DNA of 64,000 bases from Lama glama (GCA_028534125.1 CM052816.1:67086001-67150000), one strand, 5' to 3'; counted from the stretch's first letter, positions 40,201 to 53,750 are shown. A program made the numbers and translations. The notes: generated by a model not told the origin, from the sequence alone.

Positions 40201-41081
40201 AAACCAATGGAAATGTACAAGTAGGACAAGAGTATGCTTTCCAAAGCTACCCACTTAGGGTTCTCTCAAACCTGAGGGTCCCCTAAACATAAAATGCACA
40301 ATGCTTCCAGCTCTAATGAAGAGACCTGTGGAGCCAGGGTAAGAGGGGAGAATCCAAAGTCAGAAAGAAAGGGAAGAAAAACTCCAGCCCAGGTTCTGAA
40401 ATTGTTGGAAATCGGTGGGATTCTGATGTATCTGTCCTGAATCCAACTTAAAAGACTAAGAAATATTCTTGTGGTAAACCACAAGCCAGATATTTCTCTG
40501 CGACCAAACCCACATCACCAACCCCCTTCTCAAGCTTACAGCATGGTGGGCAGTTTCCCTTCGAGGAAACCAGCCAATTCACTGACCTACTCAAGCCAGC
40601 CCTTTACCATAGGGAAACCCCAAAGCCTCAGGAAACAGAAACTTGATAGTTTGAATCTTCAACTTTTCTACCATTTGAGACAGTGCCAAGGAGACATAAC
40701 TCAGTTCCATATATCTTAGAACAGGCTCAAAGGGTGGTATGTGGGCTGGTGCCAGGCTGAGAATGGTTATCAATCTACTATGAGATAAGTATAGATCATA
40801 AGCATTTAGAAACTTTTTTTGCAACTTTACAAAATGATTTTATATTTCTTTATTCTAATAATAAAAAACTGGGACTTCTATTTTATGTCTCATTTCATTT
40901 TTTTATGATTTGTTTTTCTTGTATTTTACAGAAGTATCAGTCTACAATGGATTGGAAAGTTAAAAAGAAAGGAGTGTTTACCACTGTTAGTTTGAGAAGT
41001 AACACTGTAGAAGATCCAGTTTTCCTCTTAGTCCTGGGGAATAGTCCTGGGAAAGTACATGTAAATTCACAAAGTATTGCA

Positions 41082-41214
41082 ATAGGTAACTATATTCAAT
41101 ATCTTGTAGTAACTTATGGTGAAAAAAGAATATGAAAATGAATATATGTGTGTTCATGTATGACTGAAGCATTATGCTATACACCAGAAATTGACACATT
41201 ATAAACTGACTATT

Positions 41215-41258
<44 letters not shown>

Positions 41259-41288
41259 CACACATACATACATACATATATACGCATA
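41082..41288 (+). mobile_element. 5'-truncated young L1 3' end with microsatellite tail and perfect TSD
   Basis: aactatattcaatatcttgtagtaac...tatgctatacaccagaaattgacac. TSD cacaaagtattgca at 41068-41081 and 41289-41302. Confidence 0.93.
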
Positions 41289-41369
41289 CACAAAGTATTG
41301 CACTTCTCAAAATCATCTTATATGTGTCTATGGTGTTGTTGGATAGCCTATGACTTTGCTCCCTGAATT

Positions 41370-41780
41370 GGTCCAGGTCCTCTGAGGAGCAGCCAACAAG
41401 ACAGTATTACAGATGAAAGAGACTGATTGACTGGGGGAATGCCAGTGAGGGAAAAGAAGGGTGGGGAAGCCAGAGGAGGCTGGGAGAGCATCAAACTGCA
41501 ATGCAGGGCTGACTCCTGTGAAGGAGAAGGGAAAGAAGAAACGAAGAAGGAAAGGAGGGAGGAAGAAAGGCCTTAACTGCAGTGCATTTCTAAGAAAGTT
41601 CAACAGGGTTCACATGGAGTCTTTTCCAGCCAAAATCACCTGTCTAAGAAGAACTTTATCTCCCTAGTAAGCCTCCCTTGGTATCCCTGTCACGTACAGC
41701 ACTTGGCTAGGAACAGCCTTTGGAAGGTAAGGCAAACGTAATAATGAATTTCAAAGCAGAGCAAATGGGACAACTGTTCA
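41370..41780 (-). mobile_element. LTR16-like ERVL LTR
   Basis: gggggaatgccagtgaggg...gaggctgggagagcatcaaactgcaatgcagggctgactcctgtgaaggaga. Confidence 0.6.
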
Positions 41781-41985
41781 ACTACATTCCCTGCAGTAAA
41801 AGAACTGAGGGGCACATACATTTTCAAGGTCACCACACTCTTCCTGATTCCACTAAGGGGAAGCGACTTCCTTTTCATCTACAGGTGAAGAGTGGTGAGG
41901 TGGGATTAATGCTTCCAATCCCTCTATCCCCTGCTCACTCCCTCCTCTGAACTTATCTAACTGGTGAGAACAAGGAAAGTCTTAC

Positions 41986-42055
41986 CTTTGCTGGGCTCTG
42001 TCAACCAATAGATGAAACTACAGCATTCAAAAATAAAACGTAGTTGCTTCCGGTT
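41986..42055 (-). other. Candidate internal exon (70 nt)
   Basis: Minus strand: ctaattgttttcag|AACCGGAAGC...CCCAGCAAAG|gtaagac, with good acceptor and donor. Confidence 0.4.
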
Positions 42056-44444
42056 CTGAAAACAATTAGATTTTTTGTGGAATAGGCCATAGTGTTCTTT
42101 CAGTTAGCTAGATAAGTGTTAGATATGAAAATGTGACTCTCCCTTAGATTTAGAACAAGGAATAACTTCATTCTACAGTTCATCTTTACCAGGAACCTTC
42201 ACATATTGAGGGTTTGGGGGAAGTTGCCTACTCCATAAATAAATCTAGTTCTGTTTTTTATATTTCATTATATTCTTATTGCTATTTGTCATTTGAATGG
42301 AGCCCAGATCAGAGATTGGTAAGTGATTAGTATTATGTAATTTCTAATGTATGGATGAATGTAAGCTTATTTATCCAAAATACCTGCATTATCCTGAGTA
42401 TAATGCATAAGCCCTGCAATGTTGCATAATCCTTAGCATTAAATAATATTTGTACTATAAATAAATATCTGTTGGTGACAGCCCTTGTCATTGAAATGAA
42501 AGGCTCAACCAATACTCCACAGAGAACCATGCTTGCAATTGAAAACAGATATTTATAATGAAACATCTCAGGAATTTTAAAATAGAAATAGAAATAAATA
42601 ATAAGTAGAAATAAAAATAAAATAGAAACACCTCTGGCTTCTTAAGAAAGCAAGGTGAATGCATGGGTAAGATTCTCTTCATGGAGATCTCTTTAAAAAT
42701 ACAAGTCTCTAAAAGGCCACTCAACCTGAAAACAAGAAGAAAGTTTCATTGGTAAGAATGGTCATCTCACTGTGAGATACTAGGCATAACTCCATTAAGA
42801 ATTTGTGAAGACAGCTAAATCTACAGAGTTCAAGTGGTCCCATCTTAAGGAGGCTCTCCAGAATGATAATGGTTTTCATCACTGGTAAACTGGAAAGCCT
42901 TTACTTCATCATTTTGTCATCTACAGAAGAAGATGGCAAAAAAACAAAATAAACAAACAAAAAAAAACCATAAAGGGGAACTCAGGCATTGATTGACCAT
43001 GGAAAAATTTAAATTAATCCATGGCTGTTGTTTTGTCTCTGAATTAATTGTCTTCTTCTGAAAGTTATTAAATAACAAAGAAAATCTGTTTGTGCTATTA
43101 AAAATGTAATAAACATATTGAATCTCAAGAACATAAGCCCAGAACACATTTTTTAAATAGCAGAAGTACTGTGAATAGTGTACAAAAGTGTCAGACATAA
43201 TCTAAACAGCATTTCCACCAACATTAAAGAGAATATCCAGGAAGCACTTTGAAAAGAGCTTTAAGTCATCTGAAATCAGTCTTCTTTGAAGAAAATTATC
43301 CTGGAAAATGGAGTGTAGCCAAAGCTATTTTTCCCATTCTGCTAAGGGATGATGTAGTGTTTTTCAGAGGACAAATAGAATATTACTCAAATCAATGAAA
43401 CATATATCATTGAAAAGTTTACATCTTTGTGTGGTTACAGGTCTAGCTGCATAAAAAGTAAAAATATGGTTTCCTTTTTAGCAGATCTCCTAAAGACAAG
43501 ATGTTTCCATAAATTCTAAATCAGTAAGAGAATTCTTTTAATGACCAGCAATTCACCCAAAAACCTATATTCTCTTGGGCTAATTAGGATAACTGCCTAG
43601 TAAATCATCCAGCCCCTAAAGAGATATTTTGATGCATAAATGAATTCCTATTCATACACAAAAGCTCATTAAATCCTATGACCTAGAATTATAAGCAACA
43701 AAAGCAAAGCCATCACGAAAAATTGAAGATTATAAAATGTGACCTTTTTTTCTGGGCCTTGACTCCTTCACTTGTTTAAGAAAGTGACTGCAAAGATTCC
43801 ATCAATAGCCTACTTATGTGAGATGGCTCAGATCAGCGGTCTCCTACAGCACTCTCCTCCCAAGATACATCGAACAAATAATCTGATTATCCTCTGAGGT
43901 CCCAATCAGGCCATGTGTTGCATTGGTTTATTTGGTTGAAGAAAAACATGTGGTATGTATCTTCATTCCAATAGCTATGGAAAGTTCCATCTGCTACATA
44001 ATAAAGGAAATTATTAAAGAAGCTTGACATTCGGTAATCTTAGAATAGTGCTTTGCATGGAATCCATACTCATCATACATGAATTCATGTACAAGTAGGC
44101 TTTAGGGGCTACCGATTGTGGACAGGTCATGTTGTCACATGCAACATGGATTCAAATTTGAATCTTCAAATTCTGCCTATAAATATATAGGAAAAGTTAT
44201 AGCTGAGATGTTTCTATAAGTATCACTTTATCTTCCCAATTACATCATTTTCTTTTTATGTCCTCTGAAGAAACAGTTAAGGTTATATTCTTGAGTGATT
44301 TTCCAGCTAAAGTGGTTGTGGTTATAGGTAGATAACTAATCTAACATGAGCTCTACACATGAGAGATTTCCACCTTCAGGCACTTGCCAATCTTTAAGCT
44401 ACACAGAAAAACAGATTAAGAAGTTAAGCAAAAGTTATTTTAAA

Positions 44445-46010
44445 GCAGAGCAGAAATCCTCAGTAAAAATTTAGGAAATCAAATCCAACAGTGAATAAAA
44501 AGAATTGTACACCATGGCCAAGTGGGATTTATTCTAGGTATGCAAAGGAAATTTGATATTCAAAAATCAATCACTGTAATCCACCGCATTAACATGCCAA
44601 AGAAGAAAAGTCATAGGATCATATCAATTGGCTCAGGAAAAGCATTTGACAAAATTCAAAATCTATTCATTACAAAAACTCTCAGCACACTATGAACAGA
44701 GAGGAACTTCCTTAAATTCACAAAGAGCATCTGCAAAATAACTGACAGATATATCAAAGGCTGCTGAATGCTTTCCCTCTAAGATCAGGAACAAGACAAG
44801 GATATATGCTTTCATCACTCTTATTCAACATATTACTGGAAGCTTTAGTCACTACAATAAGGCAAGAAAAAGAAACAAAAAGCATATATATTGGAAACAA
44901 AAAAATAAAACTCATCAGGCTGAGTTACTGTCTCTATTCAGCGATGACATGATTGGTTAGGTAGAAAATTCCTAGCAATCTACCCCAAAATTTCTGGAAC
45001 CAATAAGTGAGTTCACTGAGGTCACAGAATGCAAGATCAACACACAAATATTAACCACACTACTATCTACCGGCAACAAAAAATGTGGAAACTCAAGTGA
45101 AAAACACATACCATTTACAACTTCTCCAAGGAAAATAAAATTCTCAGGTATAAACTTAACAAAACATAAATAAGGCCTATATGATGAGAATTTAAAAATA
45201 TTGATGAAGAAATCAAAGCAGATCTAAATACTTAGAGAAACATACCATGTTCCTTGATTACAAGGTTCAACATGGTAAAGATGTCAATTCTCACTAAATT
45301 GTTATGTAAGCTAAACACAATTTTTATTAAATCTTTGTATAAGTATACAAGTTCATTCTCAGACGTATGCAAAAACAGAAAGGACTTCAAATAACCAAAA
45401 CAATATTGAACAAAGAAGAACAAAGTAAAAAGAATCACTTAACAATAAAGTTTACTGTACAATTGACCCATGAACAACATGGGTTTGAACTGCACTTAAA
45501 AGGTCCACTTATACTCGGATTTTTTTTCAGCAAATATGTACTATAGTAGCACATAATTGATTGAACCTGTGCAGATGCAGAACCATGGATCCTGAATGCC
45601 AACTATAAAGTTGTATGTGTGGGGGTTGGCCCCTCTAACCCCCACATTTTTCAAGGGTCAACTGTACAGCTATGGTAATTAAGACAGTTTGGTATTGGTG
45701 AAGGGATAGACACACAGATCAATGGAACAGAACAGGAAAACCAGAATTATATCTACATGAATATGACCAATTAATCTGTGTCAAAGATGCAAATAAATCA
45801 TTAATGTTTTCAATAAACAGTACTGGAGTAACTGTCCATTTACAGACAAAAGCATAAACCTTGACTTAAACCTCACATCTTACACAAAAAAATGCATCAT
45901 GGGCTTAAATACAAAATACAAAACTATAAAATTTCCAGAAAAAAAATCAGAAAATTTTCATAACCCCTTAGGACTAGGTAAAAAAGAGTCCTTAGACTTG
46001 ACACCAAAAA
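44445..46010 (+). mobile_element. Old L1 ORF2 fragment (RT region and downstream), decayed
   Basis: caagtgggatttattctaggtatgcaa (VGFI.GMQ), aaaagcatttgacaaaattcaa (KAFDKIQ), ggaacaagacaaggat (GTRQG), ctattcagcgatgacatgatt (LF.DDMI), aagacagtttggtattgg (KTVWYW). Confidence 0.9.
45460..45664 (+). mobile_element. Tigger2-family MITE (MER8-like) nested in L1
   Basis: TIRs caattgacccatgaacaacatggg / cccacatttttcaagggtcaactg. TA TSD at 45458-45459 and 45665-45666. Confidence 0.9.
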
Positions 46011-46459
46011 CTCACATGCGCACACACACACAAACACAAGAGGAATTTTAATATTTTAGTTTTTAGCCCTGTCTGTAGGCTTACTCCTTTTTGTTATAGC
46101 TGAGGGAAAGTGTCTCATAGGTACTGACTGAGGATCATAGATCCTTGAGCCCTGAGGGGACTAGACTTTCCTCTAATAATGCTGCTGATACCTGAACATC
46201 TAGAATCTTCAACTTCAAAGCTAGCCTAGATTTGACCACCAAAAAGCTAATGAACATACGGCAGAATAAATCAGTGAGAATGATAATGACTGGTGGATTT
46301 TTACCATTTTGAACACCTAAATATGTATATATGAATCAAAGGATATCTTAGATACTAATAAATTCAGTCATCCCCAAAATTTTGGTCACCAAGGTACTCT
46401 CTTATTTTTTTCAACAATGCAATCTATGTCAAAGAATTTATTTACTAGAATTAGTAACT

Positions 46460-46690
46460 ATGAATCATTGAGGACTTACTATATACCTGTTATTATGAAA
46501 AACACTTTATATATATGATCTCATTTAATATTTAAAAATTATAAAACATGTATTGTCAATCAATATTGTATATATGAGGAAACTAAAGTCAACAGAGTTT
46601 AAGTAACCTAAGATCACACAGCCAGAAGAACTGGAATTTGAACTCAGTTCTATTTGACTTCAAAGGCAAAGCTTTTTGCCTCTGTAATAT
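46460..46690 (-). mobile_element. MIR SINE
   Basis: atgaggaaactaaagtc...gtttaagtaacctaagatcacacagc...ggaatttgaactcag. Confidence 0.8.
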
Positions 46691-48739
46691 ACTACCTCTC
46701 CATGCTATAAATAAAAAACATATTAGATTGAGCCATATAAAATTTTCTCTTTTTAGGTCAAAAGCTTTTTATGTCAAATATCCTCATTTTACATAATTAA
46801 ACCCAATGGCTAATTCCTTCCCTCATTCTGTTTAGTACAAGAAAACCACAATTACCATACTGGGTTGATAGTATTCCAATCAAAAGCAAACAAATTTTCT
46901 ATTTTATTTAGCTATGTACCATTGACACAGTAGTTTGCCCCCACAAAAAAAAACTATTTTAATTAGGCTTTTTGAAATATTTGAATAGCTCATGGACTCC
47001 AGTTCTATACTCAGGTTGGGAACCATTGATCTACCTACCTCCGCAAGCTCTTATTTTCATAGGACCTGAAGGCCAAGATGACAGACCTAGTGAGTGACAA
47101 TACAGGATTAGAGCCACTCCTCTGATTCTGCTTCACCCAGAGAAGCACTTCTCTGTGATACAATAGCATCTAAAGTCTGCTCATCTAAGTTCCTAGGGAA
47201 ATCGTTTGCTTAAATACCTATCTATACATGGGATACATAGTCTCTGGAACTGAGTTTTCTCAGTGCTTTTCTAACTGTGTCAAGGGAGTGGGACATGGAA
47301 CAGAATGCTTGGCTATTTCTATCTAAATGAAGCAAGGACAGTATTTCACAGAGCAAATTGCTTCAAAATTCTAGATCATTTGCTAATTCATTAAGTACAA
47401 AATCTTCAATAAGCCAGCAAACTGAGAAGCCAGGAAGATGATAAAAGTAAAGGAGACTATTAACTGAATGTCACATAACACCATGGGGTAGGAGTAGAGA
47501 TGAGGTCCAGGGGTGCTGGATAAAGTGGAGCTGCTTTCTTGCTATTTGGGTGGAGTTTGTACAGGATGCAAAAGGTCTCCCTGTCTTCTGCAGATTTCTC
47601 ACAGGAGTCATCTGTTTGGTGTGAAGTCTGCTCTGAAATGTGAGTCAGGAGCAAAAAAGATGCCAGTTATAGATTCCTGGATACTGGGTTAACCTCAAGA
47701 GAACTTTGGAAGGTGTCTTCAGTGAATAGGAGATTTAGCAGTGATAGATGAAAATAAATTGCAGCACCAAATTTTGAGATAGACAACTCAATTTATGAAA
47801 GCAACATTTCTAAAAGTTACAATTACCATTTTACTTGGGTGTCATCAGTTAAATATTTGGCTTTCTTTAGGAGCTAGTCACCCATTTACAAAAGCTCATA
47901 ATCTTTTAGCTACTCTTGACCTATAAATCATAGGGTTCTTTGATGTTAGACCTGGCATTTGAGCAAGCCAAGCAGAACCCATGATTCAGAGCCTCTGCTC
48001 CCTGGCCTCTAGCATTAGTGTGTTCTGAGGATTATATCATAATATTTCATGTTTTCACAGCACATACCTCTAGGAAATTGCAGTTATAAGCTTTTCCTCT
48101 AATCCTCACAAATAGTAATGAGATAAAGAAAGTGAGAGGACAGGAATTGTCTTCCTATTTTTCCTGAGAAGACAAGTCTTCTAGAGAGAAGTTTAGCCAT
48201 CTCTATCTGACTAGAGATTTTCCAGTGAGGAGAGCCGCAGGCCTAGTGGCAGTAACCAGAGTTCCTGTCTTGTCTCTGCCTCGGGCCTCTTTGTAACCAG
48301 AGATGAGTCTCCTGGTTGTCTCCATTTCTCCAGTGTAAGGAGGGTTAGAACTAGCTATCACATCGGGCAGACCCCTACACCTACAGGGCTGAGAGCATCA
48401 ATACAGATGGACACCTCCAACTGCCCTGTTCTTCCCACTCCCATGTTCAACACATGGCAGGCCTCAGGTGGATGCTTGTGGACAGCCCACCGTGTACACC
48501 TACCCTCCCAAATGCCTTTCCCTTGGCAACCCCTGTGGCCTAGGCTTGGGTCTTTCTGGGTCTTGAGGACCAAAAATCAGGAGGGATGCAGGCTTTGAGC
48601 CCTAAGATCATTGCCCTTTGAGGAGTGGTGAGGCTGGAGAAAGGAGAAAAGTTAGAGTGGAGCCTTCCAATATATAGGACCCGAGGCAAGGATCCAGTCA
48701 CCCAGGTCTCAGATGTACTTCTCAGAATCCCCTGTGGGA

Positions 48740-49148
48740 CAGAAGGACTCATTCCTCCAGCTGCTAGGAGGCCTGCAGCTCACAGCCCCCAACCTCAACT
48801 GTCATCTCTCTCTCCACCCCCCCCACCCCACCCCCTCTCTGACTCATAGAATTGCCCTGGGCTGAAGAAAGTTGCCTCAAATAAGTCACATCCCATTCCT
48901 GAGGGTGGCCTATATCCAATGGCTGATTGACATGGGTATACAACATCCTGGGCCCCTTATCTCAACTGTGGGAAACTCTGAAGGGTGATCTCAGCTTCAG
49001 AGCTCCCCACAGGGTTAGCTGAGGTCTTTACTGAGACTGCATCACAGCCAACTTTTCTGTACAACCCTGCTTCCTTCCCTTTCCTCCTCATCTCCTGCAA
49101 ACTGTCTCCTTCTCAGAGTCTAACTTCCTGAGGAACTTGATCTTCAAC
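48740..49148 (+). mobile_element. LTR16C-like ERVL LTR
   Basis: agaattgccctgggctgaag...cagcttcagagctccccacagggt...gagactgcatcacagc...tctcagagtct...ttcctgaggaac. Confidence 0.7.
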
Positions 49149-50679
49149 AAACAGTAATTCTAGAAACACCCCCAAAAAACTGAATACAAGAAAACTATAA
49201 AATACTTACTAAAAACATTCCATTAACCAAAACAACAACCAGTCAATTTTGTACATTTATTTGTCTTACAAAAAAACGGAACTTTGCTTTATACAAAGTT
49301 AAAATGGGATTTACTTTAAAGTTAATTTAAACAAACTTTACTTGTATATGTGCCTCTTTACTCATTATTTTTGTGCTTGAAGGATTGAGGGAGGAGAGAA
49401 GTGATTTGGGGCAGGGGGACTAAAACCAAAAGGTCCCCTCCACAGCCAGTTACAGATTAAACAGAAACGTAAAACACTTTTGTTAATGTATGAAGCAAAG
49501 AGTAACACACATTTCTCTCTACAGAATTTCTAGCACAGACCTTCTTTACAGGATACACACCTGGAATTCTGCACAAAAAAAAAATGATTCCTAATCATTT
49601 AAAAATGCAAAATACTCATTTTCAGCATACAAGGTGATTTTCTGAATTTTATTGAATGCACAGAGAAGCAAAATCCATTCTTACTGGAAGAAGGAAAATG
49701 TACAACGCCCAAACAGCTTCTCCCCAGGCAGTTACTAGCTACTGTAATCACATAACATGACCTGAGAAGGAAGAATATGAGGTCTAAACCTCAGAAGCAT
49801 AGGTTTGGCTCTGCTGCTTACTTAGCATCTTAAGCTCTTCCCTCCTTTAAAAAGGAAGACCTATTCAGTATCAGAATAAGATGCTGGTTCATGCCACTGG
49901 AGCTGAGAGACAAGAGGCTGATTCAGCAATACAAGGTTAACAAAACAGTGATTGGCAGTTAAGAAAAGAACTGGAAGAGAGAGACCGTAGAGCCCTCAAC
50001 TGTCTTTGGGGCAGAAGGAAAAAGATTTCCTAGAAGAGCACAGTAAGAAATCACGGTCAGGAATTCACTTCCTAATTCCACTATCTACAGTGTCCATCAT
50101 TTCACATCCCCAAACTTGGACATGCTACTGTGTGATCTAACATACAGCACCATGTCCAAATAAATAAGAATAGCAGGTCTTATAATAGGGAAAACAACTG
50201 AATTCAGTAATGTCCCAGGAAACGACGGAGGTTTAACATTAAAATCCCACAGCTTCTCTTCCAAACAGAATAGTTTATAAATCTGCTTTTTATATCTTCA
50301 TCAGTAATTTTTATCTCCTCCCTAAAAAGTAGAACAGAGTAAATCTTCACTGTTAACATATTGGTATGTTCAATGTGTAACTGTGCCCCAGTGGACAGAG
50401 TTGCTAAATTCCTGAACTTTCAACATGGGGAGGAGTAAATTCAGGAATGACAGCTGGCAAGGAAGACAGGAAGAAGGAAGAGTAACCGCAAAGACTCTCT
50501 TCACTGAGCCAACCGACCAGGAAGAGAAGCATCCACTTCTATATCCGTGGAGTTGGAAAGATTTGCACTCTTTCAAAATGTTTATATAATCTGGCAATAG
50601 GTGAGTATAAGAGGCGCTGACTGCTCCTTAGGAAACTCTAACATTATGGGCCACATTTTCATAGTCCAATGATTCAAAG

Positions 50680-50892
50680 ATAATAACAGTTAATATTTAC
50701 TAAGCACTTTTTATGTGAGAAGCTGTGTGCCGTGTACTCTGCAAGGGAAAGGATACTATCATATTATAGATGAGAACAATGAGACTGAGAGAATTGGGTT
50801 ATTTGCCCAAGATTACAAAGCTTATCAGTCACGGAGTCAGGATTCCATCCACCTCAGATCTAACTCTCCAAAGTCTTCTGTTTTCCACTATG
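50680..50892 (-). mobile_element. MIR SINE
   Basis: aataacagttaatatttactaagcact...atagatgagaacaatgagactgagaga...ttgcccaagattaca. Confidence 0.75.
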
Positions 50893-51239
50893 ATTAAGTC
50901 TCTTAATCCTGAAATCAATGGCCAAAGTTTTAGTTACTACTTTGAGCTAAAGAATTTCTGGGATCATTAAATCAGTTTTTGTGCATTTGCTCTGCTCCTT
51001 CTCTCTGTGTACAGTTTACTCTGCAGAATGAGTCAAAAAGATCTCTGCATGTGTGATTATCAGATCACCTGCAAACTTGACCTGGCAATCTTAGTGACGT
51101 AAAAGGCTACCAGAAATGCTTACGGAATCCAGAACAATTTGGGTAGGCCTGTGTTTGTGTCTCTGAGCCCAGGTCTCAGTATCTGAGGTGCTGTGATTGT
51201 CACCAGCTCTGACATCACTTACCTGCCATAGGTAGTATG

Positions 51240-51712
51240 ATGTGTCGGCTGCAAAGATGGCCACCAATAAATATTGCCATCTTTATAGGCATGTGCCCAT
51301 CAAGAATTCAAGACTACATCTGGGCTGGCTGCATGGTTTGCTTTGACCAACAGAATGTGACAGAAGTGATTCTTGCTGAGTTCTGGACCCAGGCCTCAAG
51401 AGACCAGGAACCTTCCACCTCTCACTCTGGTTTGGAACCCTGAGGCATTACATAAAGAAGTTCAGCTACTCAAGTGGACACACCACTTATAAAAAGAAGT
51501 CTCACTCAATAGCCAAATGTGTGAGTAAACCACCTTGTATCATCAAGCCCCAGGAGAATGCAGCCACGTAAGAGCCCAGCTGATACCATATAGAGCAGAA
51601 AAAAGGATCAGCTTAGTCCAGCAAACCCACAGACTTGTAAGAAATAATAGTTACTGATTTAAGCCACTAAATTAAGGGCTAATTTATCATTCAGTAACAG
51701 ATAACTGATACA
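51240..51712 (+). mobile_element. MaLR LTR (MLT1G/H-like)
   Basis: caaagatggccacca...tgctttgaccaacagaatgtgacagaagtga...tttaagccactaa...cagataactgataca. Confidence 0.8.
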
Positions 51713-51751
51713 CATGGGCCCGCCATGGCTATTGTTCCAGAACCAGCAACA

Positions 51752-51896
51752 GGGGAAGGGTATAGGTCAAGTGGTAGAGTACGTGCTTAGCATCCATAAG
51801 GTCCTGGGTTCAATCCCCAGTACCTCCTCTAGGAATGAATAAATAAATAAGTAAACCTAATTACCTCCCCCAACCAAGGAAAAAAAAAGAAAAGCA
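51752..51896 (+). mobile_element. tRNA-derived SINE (Vic-1-like) with perfect TSD
   Basis: ggggaagggtataggtcaagtggtagag...gtcctgggttcaatccccagtacctcc. TSD agaaccagcaaca at 51739-51751 and 51897-51909. Confidence 0.93.
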
Positions 51897-53750
51897 AGAA
51901 CCAGCAACAAATCTATCTTCCAATGGCCAGCTTATTAGCACACGTTCTAGGTACCGCAGGCAACACCAGCTGCCACCTGAACAAGGGGGGAAAGGGAGAT
52001 CATCTTGATACCAGTTTGCTCAGCATCCGTAGTCAGCACTAGGTAAGACTGGATCTTGTAGCTTATTCAGTGGAAGTGCTAAAAGCCCTCTGGATCAATT
52101 ACTCATTCAGCCCTCTTCTGTACTTTGGCTCAAAGAAGAATAACAAAAAAATCACTTCAAAGCTATTGATCCCAAATCTTTGGTAAAATCATCTTTAAAT
52201 ATGGCCTCATAGATCCTAACTACTGAGCTACCTTTGCCAGCCCTAAGACTCCCTTCAAAGTGTCCCCAGATAGCAGTTCCACATCCCAGCACTGATGAAC
52301 ACAGACCTTCTGCTCCCTCTTATCCACTTCTCTGGAGAAGGCTAAATCTCACTGCCCCCATGAGAAGGAGGAAACACTCTTCCTCAGGTTCCCAGGATGC
52401 ACAACAAGTGACACAATCCTCAACCAGGTGTTTTATTCAAGGGCAATATTTGCTCTTAGACCCACTTAGCACTGGGTGATAAGAGCCTCTTCAGTTTCTC
52501 AGTGCCACTTCATTTAGAGACCTCTTAAAATTTCTTTCCCCATTTGTACAGACTTAAGGAAGCTTCATTCTGACCTTCCTTAGACGGTATATGATGTTGA
52601 AACAACTGAAAACCTCATTCTAATTCTGGTTTTATAAATTCACAAACTCTTAAAAATCTCCATTGCACAGAAAAACAATCTTTATCAAAAGAATAAGGCA
52701 TACAGGAAATAATGAAGCTCATTCTGTAGAGATTAAATAAACTGGTTTAATTTGGAAGGAGGCAGGAAAAGGGAAGACTACATTACAGGGGAATTAGATT
52801 CGAGGTTTAGTAATCACAGGGAGAAAGAACATCTGCCTGTGGCTTCGTGATGGCTGACTGCCTTGGACGTGGTGCTAAAGGAGAGGAGAGGGGAGGAGTG
52901 GGAAGGGAACTGCCTCGGTAGAAAAATCCAGGAAGAGTCAGAAAGAGATGTCTCTCAAACATGGGATAAGGAGGTCAAAGGACAGGGCAAAAAGAAACTG
53001 CTAAATTCTTTGAGACCAAATGAAAAGAGGAAATCAGAGTAGGAAAGCCCACTCTCTGAGTCTGAGAACCAGTGTTCTTAGCACTAGTTCTTAAAAACAG
53101 TCCAGAGTTACTTCAGCAGAAATACTGTCTAGACAGGAGATTTTATCTTTTGTTTTGTTATTTTTTATTATTTAAACATGTGAGACTTATTTAAGTTAGT
53201 TAAGTTTTAGTAAAAATCATCTTTTTTTAATTAGAAAGAAAAAGAACTCCTTTTTCTATGCTGATCAAATCTCTCCTTATGTCACAGGGTTTGGGGTCAT
53301 TTGAGCATACCTCTCTACTTCACCAGGTTATTGGAGGCCTATCAGAGGGGGACGGACAAAAACAAAAGCAAATCTCCTGGATCTCATAGTCATGGGACTG
53401 ACAGCTGTGCACATCCTCCTTGCATCTGACCCAGAAGCTATGAACCAGCTGTCACAGTTGTAGCAAAATCCTCTCCCCCCACCCCCACAGATGAGAGCTG
53501 CTTCTCCTCCTCCTCTCCTGCTGCTTCTCAGTTCTTAACCTTCATCCTGACACTGGTGTGCTTTTGAGTCTGTTTCCACACGTTTCAGGCAAACTTTGAT
53601 TTAATTATTTGTATTTCACAGACCACACAAATACCCATAATTAATCATTTTCTGGAGAAGGCACATGTCTTCTTCAAAACTTCATTTTCATTTTTAAAAA
53701 GCCAGCATTCTAATGAAGGTATCATTTCCTTATTTAGAAAAGGATTTTCA

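Noticed and set aside
49370..49385. miR-218-like 5' sequence ttgtgcttga
   Set aside because: The match stops after about 10 nt and there is no hairpin.
50440..50606. Plus-strand exon ending at TAG|GTGAGT
   Set aside because: Good donor, but no convincing acceptor or recognisable reading frame.
51752..51826. tRNA gene (also at 36040-36113 and 53751-53826)
   Set aside because: The tRNA-like head continues into a shared SINE tail and is flanked by TSDs, so these are SINEs, not tRNA genes.
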